A stretch of DNA of 62,809 nt, counting the filler. It is 3 parts of 3 records of this genome, joined end to end, with 100 filler letters (N's around TTAATTAATTAA, not from the genome) between each part and the next. Parts side by side here need not be neighbours in the genome. Positions count along the whole stretch, not along the records: positions 1 to 31,852 come from SRR20825019_1153; 2 more parts are not named here. One strand, given 5' to 3'. The translations under genes and the position numbers were made by a program. This document shows positions 10,386-19,213 of this stretch, in pieces. Each line of letters starts with the position of its first letter. The stretch's first letter is position 1. The notes beneath the pieces are model-generated. The model saw only the letters and a program-made list of their open reading frames with translations. It was not told where the DNA came from and did not search any database.

Positions 10386-11369
10386 ATGAAGACACAGGCT
10401 GTACGTATACACAGACATGGCGGACCCGAGGTGATGCGGCTGGACGAGATAGACTTGCCCGATCCGGCAACCGGGCATGTGCGCATCAAGAACACCTGCA
10501 TCGGCGTCAACTACGCCGATATCTACGAGCGCGAAGGGGATCACGGGGGACCGCATTCGGCCAAGGAAATGCCGAATACGATGGGGCACATGGCGGTGGG
10601 CGTCATTGATGCCGTCGGCAAGGATGTAACCAGCCACACCCTTGGTGCGCGTGTCGGTTATATCGGGCCGAACAGCTATGCCACGTATACGAACATGCCC
10701 GCAGCAAGGCTTTTCAGCTTGCCAGACGCGGTCACGGATGATGTCGCGGGCGGTTATCTGTTGCGCGGCCTGACTGCTGAATACCTTCTGCGGCGTCTCT
10801 ATAAGGTCGGCCCGGGGACGACGGCGCTGGTCCATGCGGCGGCGGGGGGCATGGGGCTTATCCTTGGGGAATGGGGCCGTCTGTTGGGCGCACGTATGAT
10901 CGGAACGGTCAGCAGCGAAGCCAAGGCCGAAGTCGCGCGCGCCCATGGCTATGATGCGATCATTAACTATTCATCCGAAGACTTCGTCGCGCGCACCCTG
11001 CAAGAGACCGATGGCAAAGGTGCAGACGTTATTTATGACGGCGTCGGAAAAATGGCCTTTTTGAAGTCGCTGGACTGTGTCCGCCCCCGTGGCATGGTCG
11101 TCAGCTACGGCACCGCATCAGGCAATGTCGGTGCGTTCGATTTGCAGCGCCTGCATTCAAAATCCATTATCGTGACCCGCCCGACGCTGCGCAGTTGGAT
11201 TGCAGACCCGGATGAGGCTGCGGCGGCATCGAAGGCGCTTTTCGACGTGCTGTCAGGTGGACAGATACAAACGCCCCTCGGTGCCCGGTTTCCGCTTGCG
11301 CAAGCCGCAGAGGCGCACCGCCAGCTTGAAAGCCGCAGCGCCACCGCGCCGATCGTACTTATCCCATGA
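10386..11369 (+). CDS. Quinone oxidoreductase (zeta-crystallin/MDR family)
   Basis: MKTQAVRIHRHGGPEV, GVNYAD, HAAAGGMG, YDGVG, YGTASG. Confidence 0.9.
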   Translation: MKTQAVRIHRHGGPEVMRLDEIDLPDPATGHVRIKNTCIGVNYADIYEREGDHGGPHSAKEMPNTMGHMAVGVIDAVGKDVTSHTLGARVGYIGPNSYATYTNMPAARLFSLPDAVTDDVAGGYLLRGLTAEYLLRRLYKVGPGTTALVHAAAGGMGLILGEWGRLLGARMIGTVSSEAKAEVARAHGYDAIINYSSEDFVARTLQETDGKGADVIYDGVGKMAFLKSLDCVRPRGMVVSYGTASGNVGAFDLQRLHSKSIIVTRPTLRSWIADPDEAAAASKALFDVLSGGQIQTPLGARFPLAQAAEAHRQLESRSATAPIVLIP

Positions 11370-11378
11370 GGTTCCACC

Positions 11379-12185
11379 ATGACTGACCCGAGCTTCCCAC
11401 CTGACTGGGCGCCTGACGCCACATTTGCGGACGGCCGCATCGGCTTGACCGTGCGCGATGGCATTGCCGTTCTTGCCGTGCAGATCCCACAAAAGATGAA
11501 TGCACTGGATGTCCATGCCACGCGCGGGATGGTTGAAGCGCTCGAGGCTGCACAGGAGCAGGCACGGGTTTTGCTGTTCACCGGTGCAGGTGGCAAAGCT
11601 TTTATCTCCGGTGCAGACATCGGCGGGTTTGATGATGATAAACAGCAAGGCAGCAGCTTCTTGGAGCGGCAGAAAATCCTTGCAAACTATCCGCTTCCCA
11701 CCATTGCGGTCATTCGCGGCTATTGCATTGGTGGCGGTCTGATGACGGCGCTGAACTGTGATTTCCGGCTTGCTGGAACTGATGCGACATTTGGCATTCC
11801 GGCGGCAAAACTCGGCATCTCCTACGGTTTTGACGGCCTGTCCCGTCTGGTTCAGGTGGCCGGTCCCGCACGCACCCGCTATTTGCTCTACACAGGCGAC
11901 CGGGTGGACGCGCAGACGGCCCTGACATGGGGGCTGGTCGAGCAGGTCCACGATACCGGCGTGCTTTGGGACGAAGCGATGACGCTTGCACGCAGGATCG
12001 CCGGAAACGCCCCGCTTTCCATTCGCGCGACGAAAGAAACCGTGGCCCAGATCACTCGCGATCCTGCTGATCGGGACATGCAGGCGATTGTCGATCTATC
12101 GACACTTTGCCAAAACAGTTCGGACTTCCGCGAAGGCCGCGATGCGTTTCGCGAAAAGCGCTCGCCAGTTTTCACAGGTCAATGA
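11379..12185 (+). CDS. Crotonase/enoyl-CoA hydratase-fold protein (second paralogue)
   Basis: AFISGADI, CIGGGLM, PAAKLGISY, EGRDAFREKRSPVFTG. Confidence 0.9.
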   Translation: MTDPSFPPDWAPDATFADGRIGLTVRDGIAVLAVQIPQKMNALDVHATRGMVEALEAAQEQARVLLFTGAGGKAFISGADIGGFDDDKQQGSSFLERQKILANYPLPTIAVIRGYCIGGGLMTALNCDFRLAGTDATFGIPAAKLGISYGFDGLSRLVQVAGPARTRYLLYTGDRVDAQTALTWGLVEQVHDTGVLWDEAMTLARRIAGNAPLSIRATKETVAQITRDPADRDMQAIVDLSTLCQNSSDFREGRDAFREKRSPVFTGQ

Positions 12186-12928
12186 TGGATCTGTTTTTGT
12201 ACCATGCCTGGAAATCCAGCGCCTCGCGTCGAGTCCGTTTCTTCCTTGAAGAAAAGGGGCTTGATTATGTTGCTCACGAAATCGACCTGTCACGACAGGA
12301 ACAGCACCAACCGGCCTTCTTGAAGGTAAACCCCTTGGGCGTCGTTCCCGCGTTGATCCACGACGGGCGCGCGTTGCACGAAAGCGGGACGATTTGCGAG
12401 TATCTCGAAGCTGTGTGCCCCGAACCGCAGTTGTGCCCGAGTGATCCGTACGACCTTGCGCAAATGCGGAACTGGGTGCGGTATGTCGACGGTCTGATCG
12501 GAAACCTGATACGGTTCAACTGGCGGTACACGATCCAGGACCGCGCGGCGAAACTGTCGGAAAGCGAACTTCAGGCGTTGCTGGACAAAATCCCCAGTGC
12601 GGAGCGGCGCGAGGCGTGGCTGAGAGTGGCCCGTAAACCCTATACTGCTGAAGAACTGGATCAGGCACGGGACAATTTGGTCGCGATGCTTGACCGGATG
12701 GAAGAGATGATGGTGGATGGCTGGCTTGTCCGGGGTGGCTTTTCTCTCGCTGATATTGCTGTGGCTCCCTTTGTGAAGCGGATCAGTGAAGAGATTGCCC
12801 CTGACGAGCTGCTACATGAAAAGCGCCCCAAGGTGACGGACTGGTGGGCGCGGCTGCAATCCAGGCCTGCTTACATCAGGGCCAGATTCGACCCGTTTTT
12901 AAGCGTTGAGCCTGACCCGTCTCAATAG
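12182..12928 (+). CDS. Glutathione S-transferase family protein
   Basis: Start overlaps the upstream stop (ATGA); SSASRRVR, NPLGVVPAL, LHESGTICEYL, FSLADI. Confidence 0.9.
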   Translation: MMDLFLYHAWKSSASRRVRFFLEEKGLDYVAHEIDLSRQEQHQPAFLKVNPLGVVPALIHDGRALHESGTICEYLEAVCPEPQLCPSDPYDLAQMRNWVRYVDGLIGNLIRFNWRYTIQDRAAKLSESELQALLDKIPSAERREAWLRVARKPYTAEELDQARDNLVAMLDRMEEMMVDGWLVRGGFSLADIAVAPFVKRISEEIAPDELLHEKRPKVTDWWARLQSRPAYIRARFDPFLSVEPDPSQ

Positions 12929-12989
12929 CGCTTTCGTTCTGGAGTTTGCGATTAAAGGAGTTCGCAGACCTCGATCCATCGACGACCTG

Positions 12990-13170
12990 ACCAAGACACC
13001 CCCCGTGTCACGCCAATGCGGTCAGTCAGGCCGGTGCGCAGCATTTTGCGACCGTGCCGGGCGCGGTCACGATCATGCCCGCCACAGTTGTCGACGAACG
13101 CACCTACGCCGACTTTCAGGCGTTCGAAGCCAGCATGCGCAAGGCTTTGTCACCGCGGAAGTCGACACTG
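12990..13170 (+). pseudogene. Possible gene remnant of unknown family
   Basis: Coding-like codon usage (…VTIMPATVVDERTYADFQAFEASMRKAL) without a convincing start or RBS. Confidence 0.25.
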
Positions 13171-13237
13171 CAGAGTTCAAGGGGATCTCAAGCAAACCCG
13201 AGGGTTGGTATTCCTGGCCCAACTCATCGAATGCGGG

Positions 13238-16200
13238 TCACCCGGCGCGCTGTTTTTCGAGTGTCAGCCCCTGAAGCCCGGTCTGATCCTGCGACACCGC
13301 GGCGGGGTCCGGATCGTGCAGATCTAGGGTCGCCAGCACGATGGGGGCAAAGGCCGCCACGCTTTGTTGTCCCAGCATATCATCATGCCCGCAATCGACC
13401 TCGATCCGTTGGGTTTCGGCCAGTGTAAAGCGATCCCACGGCGTGCCGCGCCATTCCAGAACTGCGTCAAGCGCGGCAGGTTTTCCCCGGGTGGCACTCA
13501 CGTCAATGATCGGCGTGTTGATCTGCGCCGACTTGTGACGCTGTGCGAGGTCAAGATTGGCCTCGACCATGTCACGAATACGCCCGCGCAATGTGTCAAA
13601 GCGGTCTTTGCCGATGGTTGTGCGCAGGGCGGTGATCTCGGGGCGGGTGACCAGTTTTTCGGCCAGCGCATCCAGCGTGTGCATCGCCGGGTCCGGCGGC
13701 TCGCCAAGGAAGGCCAGCGCCTGCTGTACCTGTGTTGCTTCGGTGTCGGTGTCCATGCGGGATTGGAACGGATAGGCGTCGAGCAGGCACAGGCAGGCGA
13801 TCTGGGCGCCCTGCGCCTGTAGCTGACCCGCGATTTCATGGGCAAGGAGGCCGCCAAAGGACCAGCCAACAAGATAGTAGGGACCATGGGGCTGAATGGC
13901 GCGGATACGGGCCACATAGTCACGCGCCATGGCTTGCATGTCGGGCCAGGTGTCGGGTTCGGTCAGGGCGGAAGATTGCAAGGCACAGATGCCCACCCGC
14001 CGGGGCAGCGCTTGCGCCAGTGCGGCATAGCCCCAGCCGATCCCCAGGATCGGGTGCAGGCAAAAGACGGTTGGCGCGTCGGTATCGGCCTTGCGCAGGT
14101 CAAGAACAGGGGCCAGCGGATCAGCTCCGCTGGCGTGGTCCAGTTCGGCCGCAAGGCGGCGCAGGCTGGGGTTGGCAAATACGGTGGTCAGCGCAATATC
14201 AGGCCCGTAGTCGCGGCGCAAAACGGCGATCAGCCGCGCGGCCGTCAGGCTGTTCCCTCCGAGTTGGAAGAAATCGTCGTCTATTCCGATATCCTGATTG
14301 TCCAATACCGCGCGGACCCGATCCAGCAGGTGGTGTTCGGTTGGCGTCAGCGGACCCGTTGCGGCTTGAGTGGCCCTTTGTGCCGGGCAGGGGATCGGGG
14401 GCAGGGCCCTGCGGTCAAGTTTGCCATTTGCGTTCTGCGGCAATGCGGGAAGGCGCAGATAGGCCGAGGGCATCATGTAGCCCGGCAAATGGGCGCGCAA
14501 ATGTGTTTCGAGCGCTGCCATGTCGATGGGCTGGGGGCTGGCGAAATAGCACAGCAGGCGGTCTTGGTCGACCGGCTTTACGACGACGGCGGCCTCGATG
14601 GGGGTGAACTGGCGCACCGCGGCTTCGATTTCTCCGGTTTCGATCCGGTGACCGCGGATCTTGATCTGAAAATCGATCCGTCCAAAATGTTCCAGCGTCC
14701 CGGTCTCAGTCCAGCGGCCCAGATCCCCGGTGCGGTAGATGCGCCCCAGCGGGGTGTCGACAAAACTGTCCTGCGTCAGGTCGGGACGCGCGTGATAGCC
14801 TTGTGCCAGCCCGATGCCCCCGATCCAGATTTCACCGATGGTGCCAACAGGTGCGGGTGCGCCGAACCGGTCGAGGACGAACACATTTTCGCCGGCAAGG
14901 GGGCGGCCAATCGGGGGACGTGTTGCGTTGTCGGCAGTGATCCGTGCGATGCTGGACCAGATTGTCGTTTCGGTTGGCCCATAGACGTTGAACAGCGGCC
15001 CGCCTGTGACCAGCCGTTGAGCGAGATCACCCGGCAGAGCCTCGCCACCTGCCAGTTTGGTCACGGCGTGCAGGCCCGGCCCTGCGGCTTCAAGGGCAAG
15101 CGACCACAGCGACGGCGTTGCCTGCAAATGGGTGATGTTCGATGTCTCGATCCGTGTGTTCAGCCGGTCAGGATCAAGCGTTTCCTGCCGCTGTGCGATT
15201 TCGACCGTGCCGCCGACACACAGCGGCAGCAGCGTTTCCAGTGTTGCGATGTCAAAGGCGATTGTGGTGACGGCCAGCCAGCGGGTCGTTGCATCCAGAT
15301 TGATCGCGTCACGCATCGCAGCCAACAGGGCCCACAGTGCACCATGACCGATATCGACGCCCTTGGGCTGACCGGTAGAGCCGGATGTGAAGATCACATA
15401 GGCCAGATCGTCGGCAGCACCCGCGCAGATGTCGGCAGGCCAGTGGACCGGCGCACCGTCAAGGCATGTGGTGTCCAGCGTCAGGCTTGATACCCCGCCG
15501 GTGGTTTCGGCATCACTCCGGTGGGGAGAGGCCAGCACAAGCGCGAGCGTGGCGGTTTGCAGGATCAACGCATTGCGTTTTCGGGGGGCGTCGGGATCGA
15601 GTGGCAGATAGGCCGCGCCGAGCCGGTGCAAGGCCAGTATTGCGGCAGGCAACAAGACCGTGCGGTCCAGCAGCAAGGCCACGATGTCGCCCCGCGCGAC
15701 ACCACGTTTATGCAGCTGGCATGCAATCCCTGCGGCTGTTGCGTCAAGCGCGCCATAGCTGAGAGACCGCGTGCCGTCATGAATGGCGGTATGGTCCGGT
15801 GTTCGGCGCACATGCGCGTCGAATGCGTCCAGCCAGCTGTTACCCGCAGGTGCCGGGCCACCATCGGACCACGCCGCGATGTTCCGGCGTTCGCCCGCCA
15901 GATAGATGTCAGCGGCGCGCACGGGGGCTTCGGGACGGACCACCATTTCGCGCAGAAACTGGAGCAGACGATCAAGGTGCCGGTCAACTTCGGTCTGGGA
16001 ATACAGCCCCGGATTGGCGTTCAGGGTCAGGGTCAGCCCCGCGCCGTAACCGCGGTCAAAGACAAAGGCGGTGAGATCGTCGACCGACCCGTTTGACAGG
16101 TTGGTCACCTTGGCGGCGACAGGTCCGAAATGCAGCGCATAGTCGAAAGGTTCAAAATTGACAGCCATGCGCGCGACCTGCTGGTCGGCCCGCGTCAGGC

Positions 16201-17215
16201 CAAGATCGTGGCGGACATGTTCAAAGCGGTATTTCTGATGGCGCAGCGCACTCATCATGGTTTGGCCGCCCTGGCGAACCAGGTCCGAGAAGCTGATTTC
16301 GCCGTTGAAATCAAAACGCAGTGCGACGGCATTGGCCGCCATCATCGCCACCGAACGTTCGCGCCGCGACAGCCGCCCCAGCACGGGCATGGCCAGCACC
16401 AGATCAGCAACGCCGGTCATTCTGTGCACATAACCGGCAAAGGCCGAAACCATCACCTGTGGCAGTGAAACGCCCGATTGCGTGGCAAACCTGCGCAGCC
16501 TACCGCTGTCATCAAGGTTCAGCTGACGGCTTGCGCTGATCACGCCACCGGTGCGGGTGCCGCCGTTTGACAGGGTCACCGGATCACCAAGGGCAGCCAG
16601 CTTTTCGCGCCAATAGGCGCGGTCACGTCCGGCGCGCGGGCTGTTCTGATAGCTGTTTTCTGCCTCCAGCAGGACTTTGGCTGGCGCTATTCCAGAAGGC
16701 GGCGGCGTGTCGCCAAGTAGCCGTGCGGAGTATATTTCGGCGCAGCGACGTGCCAACAGGCCGCCGGAAAATCCATCAAGCAGTACATGGTGGGCACAGT
16801 GATACCACAGGTGGTGACGCGGGTTCAGGCGGATCAGAGCGGACCGCCACAGCCCGCGTGAGTGATCCGCAAGGTCGGATTGCATCCACGCAAGGGCCGC
16901 AGCCATCGGATCGGCTTCGTGGCCGAAATCGATCAGCGGAATGTCCCCTTCGAAGTGCCGGGTGATCTGGATCTGCAATCCGGTTTCATCCGGGGCAAGA
17001 CTGGCGCGCGAGGCCTCAATCTCGTTGGCCAGCCAGTGCAGGGTCTCTAGAAACACCGCGGTATCAATGTCGCCTTCCAGCGACAGATATTCAGCGAGGT
17101 TGAACATATAGCCTGCCGGGCTGAGCTGTTCCGCGAACCAGATCCCGTTCTGTGCGGCATTCGCCCGAAGCGTTGTTGTGTCAGTCGGGATCAGGTTTTG
17201 CCTATCCAAAAGCAT
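13238..17215 (-). CDS. Stand-alone single-module NRPS: starter C - A (Gly code) - T - TE (DhbF/EntF-like)
   Basis: Start MLLDRQNL after AAAGGA; C: AQNGIWFAEQL, HHVLLDGFS; A: YVIFTSGSTGQPKG, YGPTETT, YRTGD, NGKLDR; T: FFQLGGNSL; TE: GWSFGG. Confidence 0.93.
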   Translation of the reverse strand: MLLDRQNLIPTDTTTLRANAAQNGIWFAEQLSPAGYMFNLAEYLSLEGDIDTAVFLETLHWLANEIEASRASLAPDETGLQIQITRHFEGDIPLIDFGHEADPMAAALAWMQSDLADHSRGLWRSALIRLNPRHHLWYHCAHHVLLDGFSGGLLARRCAEIYSARLLGDTPPPSGIAPAKVLLEAENSYQNSPRAGRDRAYWREKLAALGDPVTLSNGGTRTGGVISASRQLNLDDSGRLRRFATQSGVSLPQVMVSAFAGYVHRMTGVADLVLAMPVLGRLSRRERSVAMMAANAVALRFDFNGEISFSDLVRQGGQTMMSALRHQKYRFEHVRHDLGLTRADQQVARMAVNFEPFDYALHFGPVAAKVTNLSNGSVDDLTAFVFDRGYGAGLTLTLNANPGLYSQTEVDRHLDRLLQFLREMVVRPEAPVRAADIYLAGERRNIAAWSDGGPAPAGNSWLDAFDAHVRRTPDHTAIHDGTRSLSYGALDATAAGIACQLHKRGVARGDIVALLLDRTVLLPAAILALHRLGAAYLPLDPDAPRKRNALILQTATLALVLASPHRSDAETTGGVSSLTLDTTCLDGAPVHWPADICAGAADDLAYVIFTSGSTGQPKGVDIGHGALWALLAAMRDAINLDATTRWLAVTTIAFDIATLETLLPLCVGGTVEIAQRQETLDPDRLNTRIETSNITHLQATPSLWSLALEAAGPGLHAVTKLAGGEALPGDLAQRLVTGGPLFNVYGPTETTIWSSIARITADNATRPPIGRPLAGENVFVLDRFGAPAPVGTIGEIWIGGIGLAQGYHARPDLTQDSFVDTPLGRIYRTGDLGRWTETGTLEHFGRIDFQIKIRGHRIETGEIEAAVRQFTPIEAAVVVKPVDQDRLLCYFASPQPIDMAALETHLRAHLPGYMMPSAYLRLPALPQNANGKLDRRALPPIPCPAQRATQAATGPLTPTEHHLLDRVRAVLDNQDIGIDDDFFQLGGNSLTAARLIAVLRRDYGPDIALTTVFANPSLRRLAAELDHASGADPLAPVLDLRKADTDAPTVFCLHPILGIGWGYAALAQALPRRVGICALQSSALTEPDTWPDMQAMARDYVARIRAIQPHGPYYLVGWSFGGLLAHEIAGQLQAQGAQIACLCLLDAYPFQSRMDTDTEATQVQQALAFLGEPPDPAMHTLDALAEKLVTRPEITALRTTIGKDRFDTLRGRIRDMVEANLDLAQRHKSAQINTPIIDVSATRGKPAALDAVLEWRGTPWDRFTLAETQRIEVDCGHDDMLGQQSVAAFAPIVLATLDLHDPDPAAVSQDQTGLQGLTLEKQRAG

Positions 17216-17421
17216 AGTACTTCCTTTTGTGATCTGGGGGAGTGTCCGTTGCATCGCGCACCCGGGAACCATCCTGGGCTTGCAATCGCCCCAGCATCTG
17301 CACATCAAGATTTCTCAGAACCTTTTGGGATGTCGGGGCGCGAAGACAGCTGGGGTTTCGTGTATCTGATTGGAAAGAGTGATCTTTCTTGCGCCCTTCA
17401 AGGCGCGCAACACTGGTTTCC

Positions 17422-17481
17422 TCAGGGTGCTGCACATGTGAACTGTGTGTGCTCATGAAACCATCGGTCCAAGTTTTTCAT
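17422..17481 (-). CDS. Candidate 19-aa upstream ORF (MKNLDRWFHEHTQFTCAAP) in the NRPS leader
   Basis: GAGG 6 nt before the ATG; ATG lies at the base of the 17481-17520 hairpin. Confidence 0.3.
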   Translation of the reverse strand: MKNLDRWFHEHTQFTCAAP

Positions 17482-17548
17482 AGGTTGCCTCTGGCTGGCG
17501 AACAGCCAAAGTTCAACCTAAGAGGGAATATTTTGGGACCACGGATAC

Positions 17549-17576
17549 ATACTAAAGTTTCTAAAATACATATCAA
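17549..17576 (-). promoter_or_regulatory. Candidate sigma70 promoter for the NRPS leader
   Basis: TTGATA-N16-TAGTAT on the minus strand in an AT-rich stretch. Confidence 0.4.
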
Positions 17577-17739
17577 AAGTTGGTTTTTACAATAAATTCA
17601 AAAAGGGCGTCTAAAAATTGGGCGTTGGTCACCCAGCGTTCAGCGCCTGATTGACCCGCACCACCAAGCCGAGACGCCAGGTGTAGAGCCCGGAGACGAA
17701 TCCTGGCTTTTGTTTGCTGGCCTTAAAAGGTGCCAAAGC

Positions 17740-17756
17740 TGTCCGGCAGCTGGACA
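17740..17756. promoter_or_regulatory. Palindromic operator copy 1 (upstream of P450)
   Basis: TGTCC-GGCAGCT-GGACA. Confidence 0.65.
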
Positions 17757-17820
17757 CCCGCACTTCTGATCTTTCCAGATCACGTCTGATTTCAGCATCA
17801 TTTATCCAGGAGGAGCTGCC

Positions 17821-19011
17821 ATGCTGGATCAACACAAACACCCACGTGCGGAATACGATGTCGATCTCTATTCCGACGACGCGATCCTTGATCCTTATGA
17901 TCACTACCGGGAAATTCGCGACCGTGGGCCGGCGGTCTGGCTGCCGCGTCACGATCTTTGGGCCATCGGTCGGCATGCGGATGTGCGCGCGGCGCTGGCT
18001 GCGCATGACGTGCTGATTTCCGGCCGGGGCGTCGCCGCCAACGACGAGGTCAACAAGATTGCCAACAACAACATCCTTGCCACCGATGAACCGGCGCATG
18101 GCAAGTTGCGAAAGGTCATCGCGGCACCTGTAATGCCTCGTGGTCTGGCTGCGGTGAAAGAGCGTATCGTCGCAACAGCGCAGGAGATGATTGCTCGACT
18201 GGTCGAGCAGGGCACTTTTGACGGCATGCGCGATCTCGCCCAGACTTTGCCACTGACGGTCGTTTCTGAACTGCTTGGCCTGCCGGAGTCGGGAAGGCAG
18301 AATATGCTTCGTTGGGCCGCCGCCTCCTTCGATGCGCTTGGCGGAGCCAACGACAGACGCGACGCGGCCTTTCCGACGATCCTCGAACTGCGGGAGTTCT
18401 GCAACAACGGGGCCACGCGCGATGCAGTGAAGCCCGGCAGCTGGGTGGCCGGGCTTTATGATGCTGCGGATGCCGGTCTGATCGACCCGGACCTCGTGCC
18501 GCAGTTCACCCGTGATTACATCGCTCCCAGCCTCGACACGACGATCTTTGCCACTGGCCATCTGATGTACCACCTGGGACAGAACCCGGATCAGTGGGAC
18601 ACGTTGCGCGAAAATCCCCGCCTGATCGGCAATGCAATCAACGAGGCGATCCGGATTGAGGCGCCGATCCGAGGCTTCACCCGCTACGCGGCCACGGACT
18701 ATGACGTCGACGGGACCACCATCCCAAAAGGCGACCGGGTGATTGTTCTCTTTGCCTCCGCCAACCGGGACGAACGGCATTGGGACCAACCCGACCGGTT
18801 CGACGTGCACCGCGTCGTGACCGATCATGTCGGCTTCGGCCATGGTGTGCATCAGTGTATGGGCATGCAGCTTGCCCGTCTCGAAATGCGGTCCATCCTG
18901 GAGGCAATGATAGAGCGTGTCGCGCGGATCGAAATCGGCGCGCCGGTGTTCGAGATCAATAACGTCCTGCGCGGTTACCGGCAGTTGCCGATGACGTTTC
19001 ATGCGGCGTGA
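17821..19011 (+). CDS. Cytochrome P450 (bacterial class I)
   Basis: AGGAGG RBS; TDEPAHGKLR, I-helix APSLDTT, EAIR (ExxR), FGHGVHQCMG heme Cys. Confidence 0.96.
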   Translation: MLDQHKHPRAEYDVDLYSDDAILDPYDHYREIRDRGPAVWLPRHDLWAIGRHADVRAALAAHDVLISGRGVAANDEVNKIANNNILATDEPAHGKLRKVIAAPVMPRGLAAVKERIVATAQEMIARLVEQGTFDGMRDLAQTLPLTVVSELLGLPESGRQNMLRWAAASFDALGGANDRRDAAFPTILELREFCNNGATRDAVKPGSWVAGLYDAADAGLIDPDLVPQFTRDYIAPSLDTTIFATGHLMYHLGQNPDQWDTLRENPRLIGNAINEAIRIEAPIRGFTRYAATDYDVDGTTIPKGDRVIVLFASANRDERHWDQPDRFDVHRVVTDHVGFGHGVHQCMGMQLARLEMRSILEAMIERVARIEIGAPVFEINNVLRGYRQLPMTFHAA

Positions 19012-19111
19012 TGCCATCGCGATTGCGCCATTCGATGACCGCTGACGCTGGAAGGCCGTGCCCGTGCTGACGTTCTTTCACTCTCAGGGCGGTCTCTTGG
19101 ATGGCATCCTC

Positions 19112-19128
19112 TGTCCGTCCAGTGAACA
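19112..19128. promoter_or_regulatory. Palindromic operator copy 2 (upstream of FAD monooxygenase)
   Basis: TGTCC-GTCCAGT-GAACA. Confidence 0.6.
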
Positions 19129-19213
19129 GCTTTTGACCGTCCGTGGACCGACGCCTCGGGAAAGGCTGAAAAGACCCGCGTCGCGTTCCACGAACAATAC
19201 GAAAGGTTAAGAG

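Noticed and set aside
13732-16096. Long plus-strand ORFs antisense to the NRPS (e.g. 13838-15490)
   Set aside because: Shadow ORFs expected in GC-rich coding DNA; no motifs. The same applies to 17629-19017, 19445-20815, 37302-38729 and 38708-40195.
17202-17456. 84-aa ORF upstream of the NRPS as a possible MbtH-like or carrier protein
   Set aside because: Lacks the Trp-rich MbtH motifs and a carrier Ser motif; weak RBS.
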